Below, one piece after another: positions 27,882-35,597 of a stretch of DNA of 37,403 nucleotides; position 1 is the stretch's first letter, and each line of letters opens with the position of its first letter. Origin of the DNA: an uncultured virus (IMG/VR IMGVR_UViG_2687453420_000004) (Duplodnaviria; Heunggongvirae; Uroviricota; Caudoviricetes); IMG/VR virus record IMGVR_UViG_2687453420_000004; one strand, written 5' to 3'. A program made the position numbers and the translations under genes. The notes beneath the pieces were generated by a model. The model did not search any database and was not told where the DNA came from. It saw nothing but the letters and a program-made list of their open reading frames with translations.

Positions 27882-28106
27882 TTATTTGTATCGTGCCTGT
27901 TCTCCTTGAAGTAATATTTTATAAACATCATTAATTCTTGCTTTTTTACTCTTTCTTTGAGATGTTTCTATAAGCTGTAAAAATGTATTTTCTTCTACAT
28001 TCTTAAATCTTGATTCAGTACATATACAAACGTCCGAATATGGTTCTCCACAATGGTCTATTATTTTACAACTTCCACAATACATTCCTAATTCTCCTAT
28101 TTTCAT
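27882..28106 (-). CDS. Cys-rich small protein, paralogue A
   Basis: About 75% identical (52/69 by hand count) to 28889..29098. Confidence 0.8.
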   Translation of the reverse strand: MKIGELGMYCGSCKIIDHCGEPYSDVCICTESRFKNVEENTFLQLIETSQRKSKKARINDVYKILLQGEQARYK

Positions 28107-28147
28107 TTCTCTAACCTCTTTATTTCATTTAATCTTTGAATTGTGAA

Positions 28148-28300
28148 TTAATCTAAATCACATCTGTATCCACAAAAACTGCCACACTCTTTTATTGCCT
28201 TTCCATTACAACTGCCACATTCTCCACTGCAATCTTCATCTTCCCAACGTGTATCACAATATTTACATTGACATTTTTTACATTCTTCTTTATATCTCAT
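28148..28300 (-). CDS. 50-aa protein with 10 Cys
   Basis: The GGAGGGGG RBS places the start at MRYKEECKKC. Confidence 0.7.
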   Translation of the reverse strand: MRYKEECKKCQCKYCDTRWEDEDCSGECGSCNGKAIKECGSFCGYRCDLD

Positions 28301-28319
28301 TTTTCCCCCTCCTGTGCAA

Positions 28320-28502
28320 CTAATTTTCTCTTTGCTTAAATGCCTTACAATCTGTTTCTCCATCTAATTTAAATTTTTTATAATGCCCTCTTTTACAATC
28401 CAGTTCTTCTGAATAATCAGATACATAAGAATGACCATAAAAACTTTCTTCCTCTCCAGATGTTTCTAAAATACAATATTCACACTTTTGACATTTTGGC
28501 AT
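28320..28502 (-). CDS. Small Cys-containing protein
   Basis: GAGGAGG RBS; CQKCEYC. Confidence 0.75.
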   Translation of the reverse strand: MPKCQKCEYCILETSGEEESFYGHSYVSDYSEELDCKRGHYKKFKLDGETDCKAFKQREN

Positions 28503-28569
28503 ACTTTATTCCTCCTCAATTTTTAGTACATAATAATTTCATTTCCGAATCTAATAGTTGAATTACGTC

Positions 28570-28842
28570 CTAATTTATTGGGCTAATAGAATGTACTAAA
28601 AACAATTCTATTAAATTATTTTTTATATCCAATATGCTAATATCTTTCTGCCTATTTACATATGTTTTCTCTTTATATTTCAAAGGCTTATTTACTATTT
28701 CTTCAATAATATGAGGTTCTTTAAAATCTATATATTGAACAGTTATCTCTAATTCATTAGCTTTAATTATTGTTCCTGGTGTAATTTTTTCTTCATCTTT
28801 ACTTTTAAAATAAACTATATCTCCGACTTGCACCCTTCTCAC
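28570..28842 (-). CDS. Hypothetical protein (SH3/KOW-like start VQVGDIVYF)
   Basis: ORF bracketed by the intergenic repeats. Confidence 0.7.
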   Translation of the reverse strand: MRRVQVGDIVYFKSKDEEKITPGTIIKANELEITVQYIDFKEPHIIEEIVNKPLKYKEKTYVNRQKDISILDIKNNLIELFLVHSISPIN

Positions 28843-28888
28843 TCCTTCACATTAATTTCAGCTCCTGCGGCTGCTCTTTGTATTGTGT

Positions 28889-29098
28889 CTATTCTCCTTG
28901 AAGCAATCTTTTATGAACATCGTTAATTCTTGCTTTTTTACTCTTTCTTTGAGATGTTTCTATTAGCTTTAAAAATTTAGTTTCATCTACATCCTTAAAC
29001 CTTTCTTCACAACATATTGCAATATCTGACCATGGCTCTCCACAATGTTCTATTAAAATACATTCTCCACAATGCATTCCTAATTCTCCTATTTTCAT
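28889..29098 (-). CDS. Cys-rich small protein, paralogue B
   Basis: Paralogue of 27882..28106 with a shared leader. Confidence 0.8.
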   Translation of the reverse strand: MKIGELGMHCGECILIEHCGEPWSDIAICCEERFKDVDETKFLKLIETSQRKSKKARINDVHKRLLQGE

Positions 29099-29156
29099 TT
29101 TTCTAACCTCTTTATTTCATTTAATACTTGTTTTAAAGTCATGCTGTGTTGATACT

Positions 29157-29429
29157 TTATCCCATATTTTTTAAAAAATTTAGTATTTCTCTTTCTCCAC
29201 ATTTCTTCAAACTTTCTAAATAACATTCTCCGTTCACTTCTCTCTCAATTAACTCTATATTATTAGCTAGATCCATTTCAGTATTTCCTTGAAATTCTTC
29301 TCTAATTATATATTCTTTAATTTCATCAATGATTTTTTGGCGTTCTAAAAATTCTTTTGATAATTTATTAAATTTATCTGACATATTAAAATAGTTTGAT
29401 AATGTCAATTTAACTTTTAAATCAATCAT
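29157..29429 (-). CDS. Hypothetical protein
   Basis: GGAAGTG RBS. Confidence 0.7.
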   Translation of the reverse strand: MIDLKVKLTLSNYFNMSDKFNKLSKEFLERQKIIDEIKEYIIREEFQGNTEMDLANNIELIEREVNGECYLESLKKCGEREILNFLKNMG

Positions 29430-29445
29430 TTAATCACTTCCAATA

Positions 29446-29610
29446 TTATTTAAAATATAATTCTTTTAAATCATTTATTATTTTCTCTCTAACTCTTTCC
29501 GCCATTTTACTCTGTGGTATTTTATCATTGTTTATATAAGCTGATATAATCTCTTTTTTATCTTGTTTTACTAATTCAATTAAATAAGGTATATATTTTT
29601 GTTCTAACAC
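29446..29610 (-). CDS. Unannotated 54-aa protein (MLEQKYIPYLIELVKQDKK...)
   Basis: GAGGGAGTG RBS and GTG start. Confidence 0.6.
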   Translation of the reverse strand: MLEQKYIPYLIELVKQDKKEIISAYINNDKIPQSKMAERVREKIINDLKELYFK

Positions 29611-29663
29611 AGAATCACTCCCTCAAAATTATTTCATTCCTGGATATACTTTTGTATTCTGAT

Positions 29664-29975
29664 TTATTCTTCAATATATTCATTTCCTATTAATCCATCT
29701 TCCCAATTAGGATTAAGTGCTTTACAAGTCTCATATAATGCTTGTAAATAATCACTTCTATCATTGAAATAAATAGCATTATTAGCTATAGCAAAAGCTT
29801 TCTCCATTCTTTCTTCCGCGTTATTCACTGATCTACATATGAATTCAGCTTCAGCACTTCCTACATTTTTACAATAAGTAGCCCCATTTGCTCCAATAAC
29901 ATCATAACTTCTGATACCGTCAAATTCTGCTTTTTTACTTTCTTCATATTTCAAATGAATCATATGAAATTTCAT
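29664..29975 (-). CDS. Hypothetical protein
   Basis: AGGGTGG RBS before MKFHMI; IANNAIYFNDRSDYLQALYE. Confidence 0.75.
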   Translation of the reverse strand: MKFHMIHLKYEESKKAEFDGIRSYDVIGANGATYCKNVGSAEAEFICRSVNNAEERMEKAFAIANNAIYFNDRSDYLQALYETCKALNPNWEDGLIGNEYIEE

Positions 29976-30039
29976 TTTTACCACCCTTTCACAAATTCGC
30001 CTTAATTTCATTTCTGGATCTTATCTTTGAATTGTGACA

Positions 30040-30462
30040 CTAAAACACTACAACCATACTTGGAAATGGCGCTGAGTTTTTAGCATCTCCGAATTTTAAC
30101 CTACCTTTTACAAATCTTATTTCCTTAACTTTATGATAAATATATTCATGAAAATACTTTGTATCTGTTCTAGCTGGTATTAACATTACTACTGTTGTAT
30201 TAGGTTTTAGACTTTCTTCATAACACTTTTTAACCCAATCCTTTAAAACCCTACCATATGGAGGATTACAAAATACTTTATATCCTTGCCAATCCTGTTT
30301 TAGTCCATCTATTTCTTTGGTAAAATATTTAGAACACTTAGCATTTTCATGGGTAGCACATGGATCTAGATCAAAGTTAAACTCTTTATTTAATTTATCA
30401 AAGAAGTCTTGCGGTGTTGCCCATAAATCCGTTTCACTACTAAACATTACCGCTGTATTCAA
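30040..30462 (-). CDS. Phage DNA N6-adenine methyltransferase (Dam-like)
   Basis: WATPQ, FDLDPCA, CNPPY, LIPARTDT and GRLKF motifs. Confidence 0.92.
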   Translation of the reverse strand: MNTAVMFSSETDLWATPQDFFDKLNKEFNFDLDPCATHENAKCSKYFTKEIDGLKQDWQGYKVFCNPPYGRVLKDWVKKCYEESLKPNTTVVMLIPARTDTKYFHEYIYHKVKEIRFVKGRLKFGDAKNSAPFPSMVVVF

Positions 30463-30497
30463 TTTATCACCTTCTTTTCTGTCGCCTTAATTTCAAA

Positions 30498-30776
30498 TTA
30501 CGAATTAATATAAAAATTAATTTTACTTTTAAATTCCCATCTTCTTTTTAGCAACTTTCTATTGTGTTTATTTATTTCTTTTTCTAAGTCCATATTTTCT
30601 GTTTTTACTTTTGTATACAACATACCGATAAGGACTTGCATATTGTCCAATATCTCTTCAGTAGTGTTTTGTTTATCTCCATTTATAATTGCTTCCTTAA
30701 CTTCCTTAAATTCTTCCTGTAGCTTTAAGAGTTCTTCTGGTAATGTTTCTTCTTTATCTAAAATCATTAAATGCAC
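30498..30776 (-). CDS. MazG-like NTP pyrophosphohydrolase-fold protein
   Basis: KLQEEFKEV...EEILD motif. Confidence 0.65.
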   Translation of the reverse strand: MHLMILDKEETLPEELLKLQEEFKEVKEAIINGDKQNTTEEILDNMQVLIGMLYTKVKTENMDLEKEINKHNRKLLKRRWEFKSKINFYINS

Positions 30777-31090
30777 TATTCTTCTTCCTCCAATATTGAT
30801 TTAAAATCGTCATAATCTTCTTCAAAACAATTTTTATAATCTTTTATGCAATTTCCTTGATACTCAAATATGTCATTTAACTGTATGCAGATATACCCAT
30901 TCACTAAAAACACCTCTATTTGATTTTCTGGTTCAAAATACTCTGTACCAACAGCCTTTTGAAATTCTGTTAATTCATCAAAATCAACAAATGTTATAGC
31001 TTCTACATTTTCTGGTTCATTATCATTGTGGTATAAATGTGTTTCATGCTCTTTTAGGAATTCATATAATTCTAAATTTATTTCAATCAT
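30776..31090 (-). CDS. Acidic hypothetical protein
   Basis: Coupled ORF with RBS. Confidence 0.7.
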   Translation of the reverse strand: MIEINLELYEFLKEHETHLYHNDNEPENVEAITFVDFDELTEFQKAVGTEYFEPENQIEVFLVNGYICIQLNDIFEYQGNCIKDYKNCFEEDYDDFKSILEEEE

Positions 31091-31599
31091 TATTTATCTC
31101 CCTCATTTCCTTTTATAGTATATTTAAAATCATTCATCCTAATTGGAAGTGTTACATAAGTTATGTCTTCAGATTTAAATATTACTGGTGTTACTGGACT
31201 TTCAGCATAAATTTCATAATGCCTAATATTTATATTTTTTAATAACTCTTTATTTATAAATATCAACTCATTGTTTACTTTAAATATTTGCATTTTACAA
31301 TAACTATCTTCATACACAAAAGGTAACATTGTAGCTTCTATTTTATTAGACATATCAAAGTATTCTAATACGTTTAAATTGCCCCATTCTCTTAACTCAC
31401 CATTTTTAACACAAAATCCATTCTTTAAATCTTGGAAAGTTTGCTTTTTTATTACCTTCTTATAACTACTAAGCTTATTAGATATCTTAAACCCTGTGTA
31501 TTCATCTATTACTACGAAAAACTTTTTACATGGAATAAATACAAAGGTGTTCGTTAAAGCATTTTTAACCCATCTTTCAAATAGTTTTATATCTGTCAT
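31090..31599 (-). CDS. Hypothetical protein with a beta-clamp-like C-terminus
   Basis: SPVTPVIFKSEDITYVTLPIR. Confidence 0.6.
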   Translation of the reverse strand: MTDIKLFERWVKNALTNTFVFIPCKKFFVVIDEYTGFKISNKLSSYKKVIKKQTFQDLKNGFCVKNGELREWGNLNVLEYFDMSNKIEATMLPFVYEDSYCKMQIFKVNNELIFINKELLKNINIRHYEIYAESPVTPVIFKSEDITYVTLPIRMNDFKYTIKGNEGDK

Positions 31600-31601
31600 G
31601 A

Positions 31602-32144
31602 TTACCTATCCCCCTCAATCATTTTATTGCCTATATTTCCTAACATTTTTTTTATTGATGTAGGTATTTGTTTTTCTTCTTTTTTTCTTATTACTGTTGC
31701 TTTGTAGCTTCTCATAAAATTAGAACCTATTACTTTTTCAATTCCGTCTACAGTTTCCTGGCTCCAATTATGAAGTATATTGTGACTGCCTATTGCCTGT
31801 TGAATCTTTTCAGGCAACTTATTAAATTCTTCTTCAGCATTATAAGCAGAATTTTTAATAGCCTTTCTAACTAGTCCCCATGCTTCAATCTCTGTCATTT
31901 CACTTTGTCCGCCACTAGTTATATAATTTATAGCTTCTATTACTTCCGCCACACTTGGTGGAAACTTATTAGTTGCTATAATCTTTTTAATAGCTATTTG
32001 TACTACGTTATATGGATAGTCCTCTAACATAGTGCTCCATAAATTGACCATAGTTTTAGCATCCGTAGGCTTTAAATCTCTAGCCCATTGTGGGTATGCT
32101 GCCTTTATAATACTTAATATTTTTATAGTTTCTTCTAGTATCAT
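31602..32144 (-). CDS. Replicative helicase loader/inhibitor (G39P-like)
   Basis: IIKAAYP, LWSTMLEDY and KFPPSVAE motifs; follows the replisome organizer. Confidence 0.85.
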   Translation of the reverse strand: MILEETIKILSIIKAAYPQWARDLKPTDAKTMVNLWSTMLEDYPYNVVQIAIKKIIATNKFPPSVAEVIEAINYITSGGQSEMTEIEAWGLVRKAIKNSAYNAEEEFNKLPEKIQQAIGSHNILHNWSQETVDGIEKVIGSNFMRSYKATVIRKKEEKQIPTSIKKMLGNIGNKMIEGDR

Positions 32145-32978
32145 CTACATACCCCCATTCAACATATTTAAAAATGGGTTGCTTGAATCAGTATTACTTG
32201 AATTTTGTTTTATGGATTCTTGCTTCAATGGGAATACACCTTTCCAACTGTTCATTATTGATTGTTCTAATATTTTTATTTTTATATCATCATCATTAGA
32301 TAATTTATCTAGGTTTTTAAGCATTAAGTCTAATGCATTATTTGTCATTTTAGATTTTATTAGAGTTCTCATTTTTATAAATTCTAATATAGTATTTTTT
32401 AATTCTTCATTTTCTGTATATTCATCAATTATTGTATTGTAAGTTTTCTTAGTACCTTCTTTCTTACTTCCTTTCTTTTTTTTCTTTTTCTCTAACTCTG
32501 TATCTTTCTCTATATCTAACTCTATATCTATCTCTTTCTCTAACTCTATCTCTGGTGGACGTTCGTCAGACATTTGTCCTTTTGGTAATAAATTTTGTTT
32601 TTCCGTTTCTATTTTCTTTCTATATGCTCTTTTTCTATCTCCCTCTGAACTACTCTTACCTATAAAGTTTTGTATATCTAGCATGTAAATAGCTCCATTG
32701 TCCAATATTTCTATTAATCCTAACTCTATAAATACTTTTATAGCCTTTTCTACAATTGCAATGTTGTGCCCTGTTACTGTAGCAACCATCTTAGGGTTGT
32801 ATGGAATATGTTCCTTAAACATTAATCTTCCTTCATTTTTAAGTGATTTTAAATATAGTTTCATTAATATATCTGAGTATAAATACCCATTATCCATGCT
32901 TTGTAAAATCTTTATATCTTCTGTATCATAAAAATTTTCTTTAATTCTTAGATAATAATATTTTTTATTATCACTCAA
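32145..32978 (-). CDS. Phage replisome organizer/initiator
   Basis: KKYYYLRIKENFY...KLYLKSL N-terminal domain; SIMNSWKGVF. Confidence 0.9.
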   Translation of the reverse strand: MSDNKKYYYLRIKENFYDTEDIKILQSMDNGYLYSDILMKLYLKSLKNEGRLMFKEHIPYNPKMVATVTGHNIAIVEKAIKVFIELGLIEILDNGAIYMLDIQNFIGKSSSEGDRKRAYRKKIETEKQNLLPKGQMSDERPPEIELEKEIDIELDIEKDTELEKKKKKKGSKKEGTKKTYNTIIDEYTENEELKNTILEFIKMRTLIKSKMTNNALDLMLKNLDKLSNDDDIKIKILEQSIMNSWKGVFPLKQESIKQNSSNTDSSNPFLNMLNGGM

Positions 32979-33182
32979 GGTTTGACCCTCCTAACTTTGT
33001 AGAAATTCTATTATGTCTTTTAAACTTTACAAATACTTCAATTTCTTATAAACTGTACTTAACGTTTTTTATTTAAGTTTTTTGGTGGCTTAAGCCATCT
33101 CTTTTTTTATCTGAAAATATCCTAAAGTTTGGTTACTATAACCAATGTCTTTAAATTTAACTATCATTTTTACACCTTCTTT

Positions 33183-33365
33183 CTATGCACATCTTTTAAA
33201 AATACTTGCACTTCTTATTGCAATGTCTAAAACATAATCTAAGCTTGTACACTTTCTAAAGCTAACTCTATTGAACTTAATATCATCTGTTGTAATTTCA
33301 GCAACTATTGCAAATTCTTCTTTTGTTAAATTGATTCCCCTTTCTTTTAATAACTTTCTTAACAT
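33183..33365 (-). CDS. Hypothetical protein
   Basis: AAGGAG RBS. Confidence 0.7.
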   Translation of the reverse strand: MLRKLLKERGINLTKEEFAIVAEITTDDIKFNRVSFRKCTSLDYVLDIAIRSASIFKRCA

Positions 33366-33366
33366 T

Positions 33367-33627
33367 CTAAATCTCCTTTACTATCTCAACATTTTTAAAT
33401 ATCCAATTTAGTGCAAATATTTTTAAATCGTTATGATCTACAATGACCTCATCCTCTAGCAAATCAACTTCTTCGAAAAATTCATAATTCTCTCCATCGA
33501 GTATTTTAATAGTTAAGTTAAATATTTCTTGATCGTATGAGAATCTAAAAATATCTATATCCACATAAAGCATTGTTCCTGTAGAAACATTTAAATTTAA
33601 ATCTGTTGTTTTTATTTTTTTACTCAT
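33367..33627 (-). CDS. Hypothetical protein
   Basis: AGGAGG RBS. Confidence 0.75.
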   Translation of the reverse strand: MSKKIKTTDLNLNVSTGTMLYVDIDIFRFSYDQEIFNLTIKILDGENYEFFEEVDLLEDEVIVDHNDLKIFALNWIFKNVEIVKEI

Positions 33628-33638
33628 TTTTAATCCTC

Positions 33639-34442
33639 CTAAAAACTTACTTGGTTATTTAATATTTCAATTTCATTTGCTAATGCTCTTGGTAATTTAT
33701 ATTCACTTATAAATTTCTTGGCATCTTCTAAATATTTTCTTTTTATTGCTGCACAACTTGTTACATCAAATTCTCTCCAAACTTGTTTGTATATGTCTGA
33801 GAATACTTTTCTATTTAATTCCTTATATGCTGGAGTACCCTTACCACCTAAACATTTAATTGCAATTTTGCTAACTACTTTACTTAATTCCTTACTATCT
33901 ATAGTAAATAAAGGGAATTCCTCAAGTTTTTCTTTATTTTCTTCTGATGCATGCTTAGCTTCTAAAGCAGTGTAATTTACTTGATTAAGTTGTTGCTTTA
34001 CATCTTTCATTTGTTGTAAATTTTCTATTAAAATATCCTCTATACTCATAGGTGGCAAATTCTTTTCTTTAACTCTAAAGTAAGTTTCCTCTAAGTTGTC
34101 GAATTGCTCCCATGCCTTATCGGTGTCTAGAATTTTACAATGTCTATTAGCTCCTCGTTCTGTCCATAGATATAAACAATTGATTCTTAACATTGACGGA
34201 TTATCTTTAAGATAAATTGTTTTAAAATCTTTTAATTTTGAACCTTCTAACTTAAAATAATGTTTACCTTCTTTAAACTTTTCTTGATTTCTATTAAAGC
34301 CTTGCTGTATTCTTATAGGATCAACCTCATAAACTTCTCCAAGTTGCTCTGTTGTTAAAACTCTTTCTCCACTAACTTCTACTGGCTTTATTTCCGTTAT
34401 TACAGGTTGTCCATTTTCTACAGTTAGATTTATCTTTTTCAT
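33639..34442 (-). CDS. Antirepressor-type protein (ORF6N and ORF6C domains)
   Basis: RVLTTEQL...FKEGKHYFKLEG, LWTERGANRHCKILDTDKAWE and VFSDIY...F.V motifs. Confidence 0.9.
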   Translation of the reverse strand: MKKINLTVENGQPVITEIKPVEVSGERVLTTEQLGEVYEVDPIRIQQGFNRNQEKFKEGKHYFKLEGSKLKDFKTIYLKDNPSMLRINCLYLWTERGANRHCKILDTDKAWEQFDNLEETYFRVKEKNLPPMSIEDILIENLQQMKDVKQQLNQVNYTALEAKHASEENKEKLEEFPLFTIDSKELSKVVSKIAIKCLGGKGTPAYKELNRKVFSDIYKQVWREFDVTSCAAIKRKYLEDAKKFISEYKLPRALANEIEILNNQVSF

Positions 34443-34498
34443 ATTGTTACCTCCTATGTTTAGTGTTGATTACTTTACATCTATAAGTATTTAAAAGA

Positions 34499-34642
34499 TT
34501 AATTTTTCTTTTCAAGCTCCTGGATTAAATATTCAAGTTCTTCGGTTGTCAGTCTTTCTACTACTATATCAGCTAATACTTCTGAATACTTATCCTCCAA
34601 AATAGTCATATCATTTGGCAAAATTAAAGTTACTTCATCCAT
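34499..34642 (-). CDS. Unannotated 47-aa acidic protein
   Basis: AGGAG RBS; MDEVTLILPNDMTILEDKYSEVLADIVVERLTTEELEYLIQELEKKN. Confidence 0.65.
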   Translation of the reverse strand: MDEVTLILPNDMTILEDKYSEVLADIVVERLTTEELEYLIQELEKKN

Positions 34643-34696
34643 AATCAAACTCCTAAAATATTATTAATTTATACTATGTCTATTAACTGGTTATAG

Positions 34697-34762
34697 TTAC
34701 GCACTTTTTTTAGTTTTCTTCTTTTCATTCTTCTTTTTTATTTTAAGAATTACTCTTTTCAT
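34697..34762 (-). CDS. Unannotated 21-aa basic micropeptide MKRVILKIKKKNEKKKTKKSA
   Basis: AAGGAG RBS right after the cro stop; similar to the 415..498 peptide. Confidence 0.55.
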   Translation of the reverse strand: MKRVILKIKKKNEKKKTKKSA

Positions 34763-34775
34763 ATATAACTCTCCT

Positions 34776-34964
34776 TTAGATTAAACTCTCAACCTTTTCT
34801 TCTAAAGCATTCGCAATTTTTGTTATTGTATCTATTCTTGGATTTTTAGCTTTGCCGCTTACTATGTCATGTAAAGTCGAATATGCTACTTGACTTTTAA
34901 TAGATAGCTTGTACAATGTTAGCCCGCTTTCTCCTATCTTTTGTTTTAACTTTTCTACATTCAA
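34776..34964 (-). CDS. Cro-like HTH regulator
   Basis: Xre HTH, AAGGAGGGG RBS, divergent from the repressor. Confidence 0.88.
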   Translation of the reverse strand: MNVEKLKQKIGESGLTLYKLSIKSQVAYSTLHDIVSGKAKNPRIDTITKIANALEEKVESLI

Positions 34965-34978
34965 TTCTTCCCCTCCTT

Positions 34979-35187
34979 ATCGCTTTACCGATTATATTAT
35001 TATCATATATCATCTTACCGATATTTCAAAATTCACTTTGTTTCATTTAAATAAAATATCTTGTAAATGCTTCCAATTTCTTAATTTTTTTTAATTTTCC
35101 TTATCAGTTTACCGATATTTTCCTTTAATGCATGTCGGTTTTTATCCTATTTTTGTTCTTTACTAATTATCGGTTTGACGATATAAT
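34979..35187. promoter_or_regulatory. Lysis/lysogeny switch with four 14-bp operators (ATCN-N6-CGAT) and divergent promoters
   Basis: ATCGCTTTACCGAT 34979, ATCATCTTACCGAT 35009, ATCAGTTTACCGAT 35103, ATCGGTTTGACGAT 35169; TTTACT-17-TATAAT at 35159-35187. Confidence 0.8.
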
Positions 35188-35221
35188 ATATATAAAGTTT
35201 CTATTATACGAGGTGACAATT

Positions 35222-35596
35222 ATGGGAATATCCGAATTAGGATTAAATATAAAAAAAATCAGAGCACAAAAAGGATGGTCGTTAAGTAAACTAAAACAAG
35301 AAAGTGGGGTTGGATACGCTACTTTACATGACATAGAAAATGGTAAAAGTCAAAAAATGAACTCAAAAAATCTTGAAAAAGTAGCAAATGCTCTTAATGT
35401 AACTACTAATGAATTATTAGGTATTGATATAGTGGAACATACGGTTACAGATTTAGAAGGAACTCTTAAGATTATTTTACAATCAGATGAATTAGAAATA
35501 GATGGATTACCAGTTAGTGAAAATGAAAAAGCTGAATTAGAAGATTTCTTTAATTTAGCCATCAATAGCATAAAAAGAAGGAGGAAAAAAGAATAA
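35222..35596 (+). CDS. CI-like Xre repressor (124 aa, no peptidase domain)
   Basis: GAGGTG RBS before ATG 35222; N-terminal HTH; divergent from cro; 1 nt upstream of the integrase. Confidence 0.88.
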   Translation: MGISELGLNIKKIRAQKGWSLSKLKQESGVGYATLHDIENGKSQKMNSKNLEKVANALNVTTNELLGIDIVEHTVTDLEGTLKIILQSDELEIDGLPVSENEKAELEDFFNLAINSIKRRRKKE

Positions 35597-35597
35597 G

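Larger units (their letters stand above)
27375..30500 (-). repeat. Dispersed bipartite intergenic repeat (CACAATTCAAAGA ... AATGAAAT[A/T]AA) separating small early genes
   Basis: Copies near 27861, 28120-28145, 28534-28567, 28852-28887, 29112, 29629-29661 and 30002-30036; compressed versions at about 27375 and 30487. Confidence 0.75.

Noticed and set aside
27375..30500. CRISPR array interpretation of the recurring repeats
   Set aside because: The repeats are degenerate and separated by whole genes rather than 30-40-bp spacers, and there are no cas genes.
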